From Kiritimatiellia bacterium (lineage in GTDB: Bacteria > Verrucomicrobiota > Kiritimatiellia > RFP12 > UBA1067): DNA of 64,000 nucleotides. The stretch spans positions 2,670 to 66,669 of the forward strand of contig JAZRVL010000054.1 of the NCBI GenBank assembly GCA_045599105.1. The letters run 5' to 3'. Position 1 is the stretch's first letter. Every line of letters starts with the position of its first letter. Of this stretch, positions 10,032 to 19,100 are shown piece by piece. The notes beneath the pieces were generated by a model. It saw only the letters and a list, made by a program, of their open reading frames with translations, was not told where the DNA came from and made no database searches. The position numbers and the translations under genes were made by a program.

Positions 10032-10690
10032 AGACGATTGCTGCACATCTTGATTCGATTGCCGCTTTGGCACCAACTTGGGGCTTAGTATTTATTTTTG
10101 TCTTTATGGCAATTGAGTCGAGCTTTATACCCTTCCCGTCGGAAGTGGTGATGATTCCTGCAGGGTTTTTAGCTGCGCGTGGTGAGTTGGGATTTAGTTC
10201 TCCGATGGTAGCTACGTTGCTTGCGATTTTAGTAGGGATTTTAGGTTCGCTTGCGGGTGCGTTTGTGAACTATTATCTTGCGCTTTGGGTAGGAAAGCCT
10301 TTTTTGGAAAAGTATGGAAAATACTTTTTCATCAAACGCGAGCCCTTGGAGCGATCCTGTGAGGTCTTCAACAAGTATGGCGCAATGACAACTTTTGTTT
10401 GTAGATTAGTGCCAGTTATTCGTCAACTAATATCCATTCCAGCGGGTATTGCACGAATGAAGTTAGGACCATTTACTTTCTTTACTGCGCTTGGCGCAGG
10501 CATTTGGACGACTATCCTTACTTTTGCGGGCTATGCGATTGGCAAAAATGCGCGCGAGATAAGCTATTTGGAGCTTTGCCTTAAAGGGCGCGATATGGCA
10601 AGTGCACATTTGCCGCTCGTAATCGGTGGTGCGGTTTTGTTGGTGATTATCTATGTGCTTGCATCCAAACTTGTGATGAGGCGTAAGTAA
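10025..10690 (+). CDS. DedA-family inner membrane protein
   Basis: The SSFIPFPSEVVMIPAG motif and a multi-TM profile are typical of DedA/SNARE-associated proteins. Confidence 0.8.
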   Translation: MLETIAAHLDSIAALAPTWGLVFIFVFMAIESSFIPFPSEVVMIPAGFLAARGELGFSSPMVATLLAILVGILGSLAGAFVNYYLALWVGKPFLEKYGKYFFIKREPLERSCEVFNKYGAMTTFVCRLVPVIRQLISIPAGIARMKLGPFTFFTALGAGIWTTILTFAGYAIGKNAREISYLELCLKGRDMASAHLPLVIGGAVLLVIIYVLASKLVMRRK

Positions 10691-11550
10691 TGCTGCTAAA
10701 AGTAGATAATCTTCGTATCGCATTTAAACTTGAAGGGCGCATATCCGTTCCCGTTAGGGGAGTTTCTTTGGAAATCCCAGAAAATGGACGAGTTGCGATT
10801 GTCGGCGAATCGGGTTCAGGCAAGTCTTTAACTGCGCTTGCATTGGGCGGACTTGTAGATCGTGCGGAGATATCGGGCGCAATTATCGGTTCGCCACGTA
10901 TCGCTTATATTTTTCAAAACCCTATGCAGTCTTTAAATCCAGTAATGCAAGTTGGCAATCAGATTGCGGAGGGTTTAAGGAGTGAAAAACAAAATTCAAA
11001 GGCAAAAGTGGGGGAGCTTTTGGAGTCGGTAGGACTAAAGGCGAACGATGATAGAAAGTATCCCTGCGAACTTTCAGGGGGACAACAGCAACGCGTGATG
11101 ATTGCTATGGCACTTGCGCAAAACCCTGATTTGCTTATCGCAGATGAGCCAACCACTGCGCTGGATGTAACTACTCAAAAGGAAGTTTTGTCGCTTATTT
11201 ATCAAATTGCTGATGAGCGCAAAATGGCAGTTGTACTTATCACCCACAATCTTGGGTTGGTTGCTACTTATTCAAAGTTTGTTTATGTGATGTATGCAGG
11301 AGAAATTGTGGAGAAAGGCGAGACTGATTTGATTCTAAAATCACCTCGTCATCCTTATACCGAAGGACTCCTTGCGGCTGTTCCACGGATTGACTCGCCG
11401 AAGGATGCGAAACTAAAAGATATCCCAGGCATGGTTCCTCCACCTTGGGCATGGCCGAGTGGATGTGCATTTCATCCTCGCTGTCCGTATGCAAAAGAAA
11501 GCTGCTCCCAAGATGTTGGGTTTTTAGGCTGTCCTAAAGTCAACGATTAG
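10690..11550 (+). CDS. ABC transporter ATP-binding protein, oligopeptide/dipeptide (OppD/DppD) type
   Basis: Walker A GESGSGKS, signature LSGGQQQRV, Walker B LLIADEPT, and a C-terminal HPYTEGLL...CAFHPRCP oligopeptide-type extension. No permease or binding-protein gene is adjacent. Confidence 0.85.
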   Translation: MLLKVDNLRIAFKLEGRISVPVRGVSLEIPENGRVAIVGESGSGKSLTALALGGLVDRAEISGAIIGSPRIAYIFQNPMQSLNPVMQVGNQIAEGLRSEKQNSKAKVGELLESVGLKANDDRKYPCELSGGQQQRVMIAMALAQNPDLLIADEPTTALDVTTQKEVLSLIYQIADERKMAVVLITHNLGLVATYSKFVYVMYAGEIVEKGETDLILKSPRHPYTEGLLAAVPRIDSPKDAKLKDIPGMVPPPWAWPSGCAFHPRCPYAKESCSQDVGFLGCPKVND

Positions 11551-11590
11551 TATTACATTTTGCATTTTGGTAAAATTCATCTACTATCTA

Positions 11591-11599
11591 TGGTAGAAT
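11591..11599 (+). promoter_or_regulatory. candidate extended -10 (TGGTAGAAT) for hup
   Basis: The only TGnTAnAAT-like box in the 170-bp gap upstream of hup. It implies a ~115-nt leader. Confidence 0.35.
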
Positions 11600-11720
11600 A
11601 ATTTTTAAAAAAGCACAATTTCCCCCTTGTCAAACCCAATAAAATATAGTAAATTATGTTTTAGACACAAGGGAATGGTTCCCAAGTGCATCACTAGTGA
11701 TACAAATAAGGATCAAAAAA

Positions 11721-12008
11721 ATGGCTAAGATTCAGACTAAGAGCGAGATTATGGCGGCGATTGCTGCTGCTGCAGAAATCAGCAAGAAGCAGGCAGTTGC
11801 TGCATACGATGAGCTCCTTAAGATTGCTTATGCTGGCGCGAAGGGCCCGAAGGGCATCGTTCTCCCAGGCCTCGGCAAGCTCATCAAGGTTAGCCGCAAG
11901 GCGCGTATGGGCCGCAATCCTGCGACCGGCGAGACGATCAAGATTGCTGCTAAGAAGGTCGTCAAGTTCCGCGTTGCGAAGGCTGCGAAGGACGCAGTTC
12001 TCGCTTAA
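11721..12008 (+). CDS. hup: HU/IHF-family nucleoid-associated DNA-binding protein
   Basis: 95 aa. RMGRNPATGETIKIAAKKVVKFR is the HU beta-arm signature. AAGGA SD before the ATG at 11721. Confidence 0.9.
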   Translation: MAKIQTKSEIMAAIAAAAEISKKQAVAAYDELLKIAYAGAKGPKGIVLPGLGKLIKVSRKARMGRNPATGETIKIAAKKVVKFRVAKAAKDAVLA

Positions 12009-12049
12009 TGACAATCACGGGACTCCTTTGGGGAGTATCGTGAATTTCG

Positions 12050-12084
12050 TAGGCGTAGGTCAATTGACCTGCGCCTATTTTTTA
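12050..12084 (+). terminator. Rho-independent terminator after hup
   Basis: Stem AGGCGTAGGTCA / TGACCTGCGCCT (12051-12062 and 12065-12076, one mismatch) followed by T6 (ATTTTTTA). Confidence 0.75.
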
Positions 12085-12087
12085 TAG

Positions 12088-12093
12088 TATAAT
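12088..12093 (+). promoter_or_regulatory. -10 box TATAAT, 6 nt upstream of the ATG at 12100
   Basis: TAGTATAAT, then GAAGTT, then ATG. There is no SD, which suggests a leaderless transcript for the Mla-type operon. Confidence 0.45.
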
Positions 12094-12099
12094 GAAGTT

Positions 12100-12654
12100 A
12101 TGAAAAAGTTAATCTCTATGTTGCTTGTTCCAGTGCTTGCTGGATGCCTTACTTCAAGTCCACTGGAAATTGTTGATTGGTCAATAGGTTTTGTTGATCG
12201 TGGGGAGTGCTGTCGAACTGCTTATGGGGCAGTTCGTCTACTGCAAGTCGTCGTAAATGCGCCTTACGATGTCCGTGAGTTTGCTGTTTTACGTGCTGAC
12301 GGCTCGATTGCTCGCGATCCCTATAATCGTTTTGCCGCTTTGCCAGCGCAGCTTTTAAAAGGTCCTATAATCGAGGCATTTATGGCATCGAAAAAGTTCT
12401 CGCAAGTAGTGGGCTCAAGTTCGGCAGCCAAAAGTGAGATTGCAGCGGAAGTGACGATTACGCGCCTCGCATTTGATTGTCGCAAGGAATCGCATGAAGC
12501 TTTAGTAGAGCTAAGAATTAAACTTTTGAACCGCAATCGTGAGATTATTGCGATGAGTGCTGGCGCAGGTACGGCCAAGATTGAGCGCGACTACTCAGTA
12601 GCATTTAGCGAAGCATTTACTACGGCAATTACTTCGGCCTTAAAGGCGCTTTGA
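12100..12654 (+). CDS. lipoprotein, probable ABC-transport auxiliary component (PqiC/YmbA/DUF330-like)
   Basis: Lipobox LLVPVLAGC. Its stop overlaps the start of the MlaE-like permease gene. The call rests mainly on synteny. Confidence 0.5.
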   Translation: MKKLISMLLVPVLAGCLTSSPLEIVDWSIGFVDRGECCRTAYGAVRLLQVVVNAPYDVREFAVLRADGSIARDPYNRFAALPAQLLKGPIIEAFMASKKFSQVVGSSSAAKSEIAAEVTITRLAFDCRKESHEALVELRIKLLNRNREIIAMSAGAGTAKIERDYSVAFSEAFTTAITSALKAL

Positions 12655-13445
12655 TGCAAAAAATAGCGGAGATTGGCAAGGCAAGCGTCGAATATGTACG
12701 CAATGCGCGGGAAAGCGTCGCGTTTATTGGGGAGACGGCAGTGTCGCTATTTTCGTTAATTCGTCATCCCAAGCAATTTCGTTTTGCCGATTCAATGCTC
12801 GCATTTCAACGTGCGAGTTTTGATGGGCTGCCGATTTCAACGGGAATTGGGTTTTTGTTAGGAGTGATTCTCGCTTTTCAAAGTGCAGCGGCATTAAAGA
12901 TGTTTGCAGTTGAGGTGTATGTTGCCGACTTGCTCGCAATTGGGCTGTTTCGGGAGTTAGGGCCACTTGTTACTGCCATTATCCTTGCGGGTCGTTCGGG
13001 AAGTGCGTTTGCCGCTGAGATTGGTACGATGAAAGTGGATGAAGAGCTGGATGCGTTGACTACGATGGGTCTTACACCAGTTAGATTTCTCGTTTTGCCT
13101 CGCATTTTGGCAGCTACCTTGGCAATGCCGATTCTTACTATCTTTGCGGAGGTTGCGGGATTATTTGGCGGTGCGTTAGTTTTGCAGATGATGCGAGTGC
13201 CGTCAGTAGTGTTTTGGAATCATGTAACGGCATCTTCAACTATTTTTATGATTGTCTTTGGCCTTGCCAAGAGTGCGCTTTTTGGCTTGCTCGTGGGACT
13301 AATCGGCTGTTCGGCGGGGATGCGTACAAAGTCAACCGCAGATGGTGTTGGCGTTTCGGCAACCAAAGCAGTAGTCGGTGGCATTATTGCGATTGCGATT
13401 TCAGATGGTATTTTAGCAGTACTTTCATACGTATGGAACATATAA
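12651..13445 (+). CDS. mlaE: MlaE-family ABC transporter permease
   Basis: 264 aa. REL(G)PLVTAIILAGRSGSAFAAEIGTMKVDEELDAL is the conserved MlaE/Ttg2B core. Confidence 0.88.
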   Translation: MMQKIAEIGKASVEYVRNARESVAFIGETAVSLFSLIRHPKQFRFADSMLAFQRASFDGLPISTGIGFLLGVILAFQSAAALKMFAVEVYVADLLAIGLFRELGPLVTAIILAGRSGSAFAAEIGTMKVDEELDALTTMGLTPVRFLVLPRILAATLAMPILTIFAEVAGLFGGALVLQMMRVPSVVFWNHVTASSTIFMIVFGLAKSALFGLLVGLIGCSAGMRTKSTADGVGVSATKAVVGGIIAIAISDGILAVLSYVWNI

Positions 13446-14176
13446 TCTCGCTAAGGCATGTTGATGCTGGGTATCCTGATGCAGTGATTTTAAAGGATGT
13501 CACCTTTGAGATTGCAAAAGGCGAGGTGTTTATTCTTTTGGGTGGATCTGGCTGTGGCAAATCAACCATTATGAAGCACATGATTGGGCTAAACCCCATT
13601 TTAGCGGGGCGCCTTACAGTTGCGGGAATGGAATGGTCGGCGCAAACGCGCGATAAACTTTTCCGCAAGATTGGCGTTATGTATCAATCGGGAGCGCTTT
13701 TTGGTTCGATGAGTTGCTTAGAGAACGTACTTCTGCCTTTGGAGGAGTTTTCTACCTTTAAAAAGGCGGAGCGTATTGCGCGGGCGATGGAGCTACTTAA
13801 AGATGTGGAGTTGGTGGACGCGGCGAATAAAATGCCCAGCGAGATTTCGGGAGGCATGCGTAAGCGCGTAGCGATTGCGCGAGCAATGGCGTTAGAGCCT
13901 GAAGTCGTATTTCTCGACGAGCCATCGGCAGGATTGGACCCCATAACCTCTTCTGCGTTAGATGATCTCATCCTTAAGCTCAGGGATGAAAAGAAAATGA
14001 CTTTTGTTGTAGTTACTCATGAATTGCCCAGCATCTTCAAGATTGCTGATCGAGTGGCAATGTTCGATAAGGCGCGTCGGGGAATGATAGCGCTTGGTAA
14101 GCCCAGTGAGCTTAGAGATACGAGTGAAGATCCGTTCATAAGAAAGTTTTTCAGTAGAGGAGAATACCATGGCTAA
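13433..14176 (+). CDS. mlaF: MlaF-family ABC transporter ATP-binding protein
   Basis: Walker A GGSGCGKST, signature ISGGMRKRV, Walker B VVFLDEPS. The start is set at MEHIISLRHV; the longer ORF from 13214 runs through mlaE in another frame. Confidence 0.88.
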   Translation: MEHIISLRHVDAGYPDAVILKDVTFEIAKGEVFILLGGSGCGKSTIMKHMIGLNPILAGRLTVAGMEWSAQTRDKLFRKIGVMYQSGALFGSMSCLENVLLPLEEFSTFKKAERIARAMELLKDVELVDAANKMPSEISGGMRKRVAIARAMALEPEVVFLDEPSAGLDPITSSALDDLILKLRDEKKMTFVVVTHELPSIFKIADRVAMFDKARRGMIALGKPSELRDTSEDPFIRKFFSRGEYHG

Positions 14177-14957
14177 TGATAATCATGCATCTTATACCAA
14201 GATTGGGCTTGCAGTCATTGCAGGCGTTATTGCGATTGTCGGAGTACTGATTTATATCGGCAAAGCTGGCTCAAGCGAGTATGAATATATGGTTGAGACC
14301 TATTACGACAAGCCAATAAGCGGTCTTTCGGTTGGTAGCGCAGTTAATTTCCGCGGAGTTAAAATCGGGGAGGTCAAAGAAATCAACTTTGTTAGCAATC
14401 TCTACGATGTAGGGGTTGATGATGCACAGCGTATTTATATCCTAATGTCTTTCCCGAAGTCCAAAATCTTGCCATATCGATATGAAATTTCGCAAATTGA
14501 TGAAATTATCCAGTCAATGGTGAAGCGTGGACTAAGAGTGTCGGTAAGCGCAAGCGGGATTACGGGATTGTCGCATATTGAAATTGACTACTATGCTAAG
14601 GATGTGGCTGACAAACCGCTGCCAATTAGTTGGGTACCACGGTACTGCTATATTCCTGCAACTGCTTCGCTTTTGGACAACTTCTCAGATTCGGCAACGC
14701 GGGTAATGAATCAGATTAACAAGATGGATTTAGACGCTGCATGGAATAATATTAGCACTTCGGTAGAGTCAATGGCACAGGCGATGGAAAGTCTGAGGAT
14801 TATGGTTGAATCGCGTCAAGGTGAGTTTGAAAAGATACTGAGCGATGCGACAGAGACATCGGAGTCGGCAAAAGCGCTTATTGACGAGCTTAAAAGCAAT
14901 CCCTCGCTCATTATTCGTGAGCGCATCCCATCTCCATTGCCTGAGACGGAGCGGTGA
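14169..14957 (+). CDS. mlaD: MlaD/MCE-domain substrate-binding protein
   Basis: N-terminal TM anchor, then the MCE core (GLSVGSAVNFRGVKIGEVKEI). Third gene of the E-F-D unit. Confidence 0.8.
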   Translation: MANDNHASYTKIGLAVIAGVIAIVGVLIYIGKAGSSEYEYMVETYYDKPISGLSVGSAVNFRGVKIGEVKEINFVSNLYDVGVDDAQRIYILMSFPKSKILPYRYEISQIDEIIQSMVKRGLRVSVSASGITGLSHIEIDYYAKDVADKPLPISWVPRYCYIPATASLLDNFSDSATRVMNQINKMDLDAAWNNISTSVESMAQAMESLRIMVESRQGEFEKILSDATETSESAKALIDELKSNPSLIIRERIPSPLPETER

Positions 14958-15110
14958 TAAATCCTATTTCTTGATCTTCGCTTCCACTTGACAGTGGTTG
15001 TGACATTTTGCTACTATTTGCGTTAGTAGTTTAGGGGTAGTGGATTTGTGTGTCCGCAAATCATGACTCCGCAAACATACATTGAAAATATCTTTATGGA
15101 GGAAAAAATA

Positions 15111-15272
15111 ATGAAAAAGGATTCGATAGTTGCAGAAGTTCGGCGCATTCGTCATCAGATTGCGAAAGAGTGCGGTTATGATTTGGAAAAGATCGTTGAG
15201 CATGCAAACGACGCTATGCGCGCTTTCCGGGAGCGGTGTGCGCTACGATCGACTAATATTGCGCTTGTGTAA
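15111..15272 (+). CDS. small (53 aa) protein, paralogue of the ORF at 15900-16055; antitoxin-like partner family of PIN genes
   Basis: GGAGGA SD 6 nt upstream. MKKDSIVAEVRRIRHQIAKECGYDLEKIVEH aligns by eye with DPIVAEYIKIRRDISRQFKGDLDAYCQSL in the second copy. Confidence 0.55.
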   Translation: MKKDSIVAEVRRIRHQIAKECGYDLEKIVEHANDAMRAFRERCALRSTNIALV

Positions 15273-15282
15273 ATCAATTTTA

Positions 15283-15360
15283 AACTTAAATATGAACATT
15301 AATAATACCAAAGGAAAAGGAAAAATGAAAAAGACGATTCGTTCGTTCCTCACTGCGGCG
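15283..15360 (+). repeat. direct repeat copy 1 (78 bp, identical to 16077-16154): decoy copy of the giant gene's RBS and first 12 codons
   Basis: Base-for-base identity checked by eye. The copy encodes MKKTIRSFLTAA, then diverges (IA, stop at 15367-15369). Confidence 0.95.
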
Positions 15361-15391
15361 ATTGCGTAGCACTAAGGGCTGACGAATGTAG

Positions 15392-15910
15392 ATGCTGACG
15401 ATGAAGAAGAAGACAATAGAGAAGTTAAAAGTTTATCTGGAGAGCACCATCTCGGGCTATGCCACGGGGCGTACATCGTCTAATCTTGAGGTGGCGCGTA
15501 AGCAATCGTTGACTTCAAAGTGGGTAGAGCAATGGATGAAGAGGTGCGATTGTTATGTCTCGAAGTATGTGTTTGATGAAAACGAGAAAGGCGATCAAGA
15601 TGCTGCCGATCGCCGATGCAAGTTTAATCAGCAAGCAAAAATGATTGATGTTGATGAGGCGCTTGTCATCTCGTTAGCAAAGAAGTTTCTTTCGCTAAAA
15701 TCAATTCCTCAAAATCAGTTGACCGACGCGTTACATGTTGCGACGGCTGCAGTTTATGGTATGGATGTTCTTTTAACGTGGAATTGTACTCATATCAACA
15801 ATCCGTCTACTTTGCCGGTAGTTTATGGGGAAATCGCAAAATCGGGCTATGCGGTTCCAAGGATTCTGACGCCCGAACAGTTCTTGGAGGTGTACGACAA
15901 TGTGCGCTGA
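15392..15910 (+). CDS. PIN-domain (VapC-like) ribonuclease toxin
   Basis: KVYLESTISGY (first acidic strand, E in place of D) and the C-terminal TDALHVATAAVYGMDVLLTWNCTHINN...ILTPEQFL match the 'DALHIA..DYLLTWNCKHI' PIN subfamily as I remember it. The start could also be 15401. Confidence 0.7.
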   Translation: MLTMKKKTIEKLKVYLESTISGYATGRTSSNLEVARKQSLTSKWVEQWMKRCDCYVSKYVFDENEKGDQDAADRRCKFNQQAKMIDVDEALVISLAKKFLSLKSIPQNQLTDALHVATAAVYGMDVLLTWNCTHINNPSTLPVVYGEIAKSGYAVPRILTPEQFLEVYDNVR

Positions 15911-16055
15911 TCCGATAGTCGCGGAATACATCAAAATTCGGCGCGACATTTCGCGTCAATTCAAGGGTGATCTTGATGCGTATTGTCAATCGCTTAAGGA
16001 AAAAACATATCCTGGATGTAGAATTGTTAAACTCAAACCGGTGAAGGTTGCCTAA
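15900..16055 (+). CDS. small (51 aa) protein overlapping the PIN stop by 11 nt; putative cognate antitoxin
   Basis: The ATG at 15900 lies inside AAT GTG CGC TGA of the PIN gene. Paralogous to 15111-15272. Absent from the ORF track because it is under 60 aa. Confidence 0.55.
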   Translation: MCADPIVAEYIKIRRDISRQFKGDLDAYCQSLKEKTYPGCRIVKLKPVKVA

Positions 16056-16076
16056 TCCGTTTAACCCTACCATTTG

Positions 16077-16154
16077 AACTTAAATATGAACATTAATAAT
16101 ACCAAAGGAAAAGGAAAAATGAAAAAGACGATTCGTTCGTTCCTCACTGCGGCG
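16077..16154 (+). repeat. direct repeat copy 2 (78 bp): authentic RBS and 5' end of the giant gene
   Basis: Identical to 15283-15360. The copies are 794 bp apart. Confidence 0.95.
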
Positions 16155-19100
16155 CTCTCGCTCGCAGCACTGTTTGCAACAGGGGGGGGGGTAGCGGCGG
16201 CGGCAACACCTGTCGCGGTGTGGAGCGGTGACTTTTTGGAGAATAGCAAAAATGGGACAGATAATAAAACATATACAATTGTGCCAAACACAGGCAATTC
16301 AATTGCCACCGATGGATCGTATATTCAAATTGGCGATTCAGCGACGCTTGGTGCGTTAATTAACATTTCGTCTGGGGTTTCAAAGCCGACTGTTGTTGTG
16401 CGCTATGAGAATATGACGATTGGCGCAAGCAAGTATGGGCTTGCGAGTTTTCAATATAACAAAGGAACGACAACATGGCCAGATGCTTTTTCTATTGCGG
16501 CTGATGGCGAAAATTCTAAAAAATTGACTGAAGTAGGATGTAACCTTTCAACAGTTGGTTTTACTCATACATTGACTCCAGATTGCACGCCTTCTGAAGG
16601 GGCTGGTTGTTATGCTGTGTGTATTGATAGTAAAAACGCAATTAGATATTATGACAATCCTTATGTAAATTCTGTACCTTCAGGGTGGGCATACAAGGGA
16701 TATTGGAATACGTCTTCTTGGCAATTGACAGACAGTCTGTATAATAGCATTGCCGTTGGTGGATTCAGTGGCAGTGTTGGATCGACGAGCTATGGTGCGG
16801 TTCAGGGAATGAAAATAACTGGTATTGCCGTATTTGTTGACACGGAACCAGGAAACAACAATCCAAATTTCTTTTCAGATCTCAAATGGCCGAATAAATG
16901 GATAGGTTGTGGCAGTGGGGATTGGTCGGATCCAACCAAATGGGCACTTGGTCATGTTCCTCAAAGTGATGAGGTGGCAGTTATTGGTAACAATGATATT
17001 GTCAATGTTGATATCAATGCGGCTCCGACTGGCGTGACAATCTGTGGTTCGGGTACGGTCGTTTATGATGGTAAGTTGCCGGGAAATGAGAAGACAAGTT
17101 ATCAAGCAACAGCTTGGATTGGTATTGTGTGGCTCAAGAACAAGACGACTAATGGAGAAATTCAGTTTGGTAACTATGGTAATGCATCCTCGTTTATAAA
17201 AGTCACGGATTTCTGCGGATACCTTCCAAAGGACGGGGCGGTTAGTGCAACGGTTGAGTTGGATGGAGAGAGTAGTGATTATGCCCTTAAGTTAAAGGAT
17301 GGTTACTCGAGTAATTTCTTTACTTTTGCGAAACTGACTGGCTCGGGTAAACTGGTGGATGATAATACTGCTACGCAACGTATTCAAATCACGGATGGAA
17401 CTGAGTTCGCCGGTGATATTGACATGCAAAAGGGCAAACAAGTTGTTTTTGGTGCGACTACCGGGAACGATGCGAAACGTATCGTGATTATGAGCGACAA
17501 TGTTGCCAAAGTTGCAAATGGTAAAACATGGACGGCGACGAATGGGATTTTCGTGAACGGCACGCTTGGCGGTGCGGGGACGCTTGCGAGCGCGACGACG
17601 CTGAGTGAAGGGGCGAAGTTGAAGCCGACGAATGGTGGATTGAAGATTACTGCCGCATTGACGGCACCGAGCGGAATTACGATTGATGTGTCGGATATGG
17701 TTATTAACGACGAGCCGATACTGCCGCTCGTGACGCTGAATTCTGCGGCATCTGGCTATACGGTCAATATTGAAAACGCTCCAACTGGATATGGGGAGTT
17801 TATTAGCGGCAATGTGATTTATCTTGCGAAGACGGCTGCCATCGCAACTGATGCGGAGAGTTTCAAGGCGAAGTATGAAGCTGGCGGCGATATCATTCTC
17901 GGGGCGGATATTGCATTGTCAGAAACGATTGCGGCTGGGGATAATGCGACGATTTATCCTTTCGGTCATAGCTTGACGGGCGGAGCCCTTGACAATAACT
18001 TTTGTATGGTCACGTTCAATGTTGACGACAGTTTTGTGCTGGGTTCGACATTGACTGGTGCGATTGGTATGTTTGTTAAGGATGGCCCAGGGTTTATGCG
18101 CCATTATATTGACAGTAATACTGCGCTAATAGATAATGCGACAGTCAGCGTTAATGATGGTCGTTACACTATTGGCGAGAATAATAAGAATCCAAAGTTG
18201 GTAAATCCAGTTTTTGTTTTGAACGGTGAAAACGCTTCGCTTGAGAACTATGGTTGGCCGAATGTAACAGGTACTCTCACTATTCGCTCAAACTACGACA
18301 GGGAAATCTTTACCAATACTAACGGCGCGACAGGAATTGGTGAGAGATCAGCAGTCTTGACGGGCTCGCCAAGGTTAATAAAGAATGGTTCGGGCATTAT
18401 CACAATTGGGCTTGCATGCGAGAGTCTGTCGGGATTGGAAATCGTAGATGGCGAACTAGTTGTCAGCAGCAAAGGTGGCTATGATGGGACACATCCCGCG
18501 CTTTCGTTTGTTGACAATGCGACATTTGCATTGCCGGAGGGCGGTATGACGGACAACCTGATCACCAAGGTTACTGGAACTGGTGCGCTTAACGGCACGA
18601 CACATATTGCAAATATCAAGATTGGCAAAGTTGATGCTATCGTGACTTTGGTCTTCGATTCGTCCGCCAAGACGGTTTCTTATGTCCTACCGGCCAAGGC
18701 GAAACTCAGCGAAGCCGCGCTTGATTGGAGCGATACTGACACTTGGGAAGGCGGCGCAGTTCCAACTTCCGGTTTAGTCGAAATTCCTGCCGGCGCGATT
18801 GTGAATGTTGATGCGAATGCGAATATCGCGAACTGCACGATTGCTGGTGCAGGTACGATTGTGTTCATAGCGACTGATACGACTAAGACGGCTGCTCCTA
18901 CGGCTCCGAGTGGTTTAACTACGAGTGCTTGGACCGGAACGGTTTGGCTTAAGGGGTATGGTAAGGGAGTGTTAAACTCAGGCAAGACTGGCGGCAATGT
19001 CGGCTTTAAGTTGGACAATTACGGCAATACGGGTTCTACTGTGGCACTTACTGGTATAGAAGGTTATTTGTTAATAAACGGTGGTAGTGCGAATGGGACA

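Noticed and set aside
13214-13432. Long 5' extension of the MlaF-like ORF
   Set aside because: It runs out of frame through the 3' end of mlaE and translates to Cys/Trp-rich nonsense. The ATG at 13433 gives the normal distance to Walker A.
16074-16118. N-terminal extension MNLNMNINNTKGKGK of the giant ORF, and the 79-aa ORF at 15130-15369
   Set aside because: The TTG start at 16074 has no RBS. The AAGGAAAAGGAAAA stretch lies directly before the ATG at 16119, which opens a textbook signal peptide. The 15130-15369 ORF is merely the duplicated 5' fragment read from an upstream frame-compatible start.
16192-16205. The GCG/GGC trinucleotide run (gta GCG GCG GCG GCA) after the G10 tract as a second phase-variable repeat
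   Set aside because: Triplet slippage keeps the frame and only changes the number of Ala residues in the signal peptide. There are only 3-4 units.
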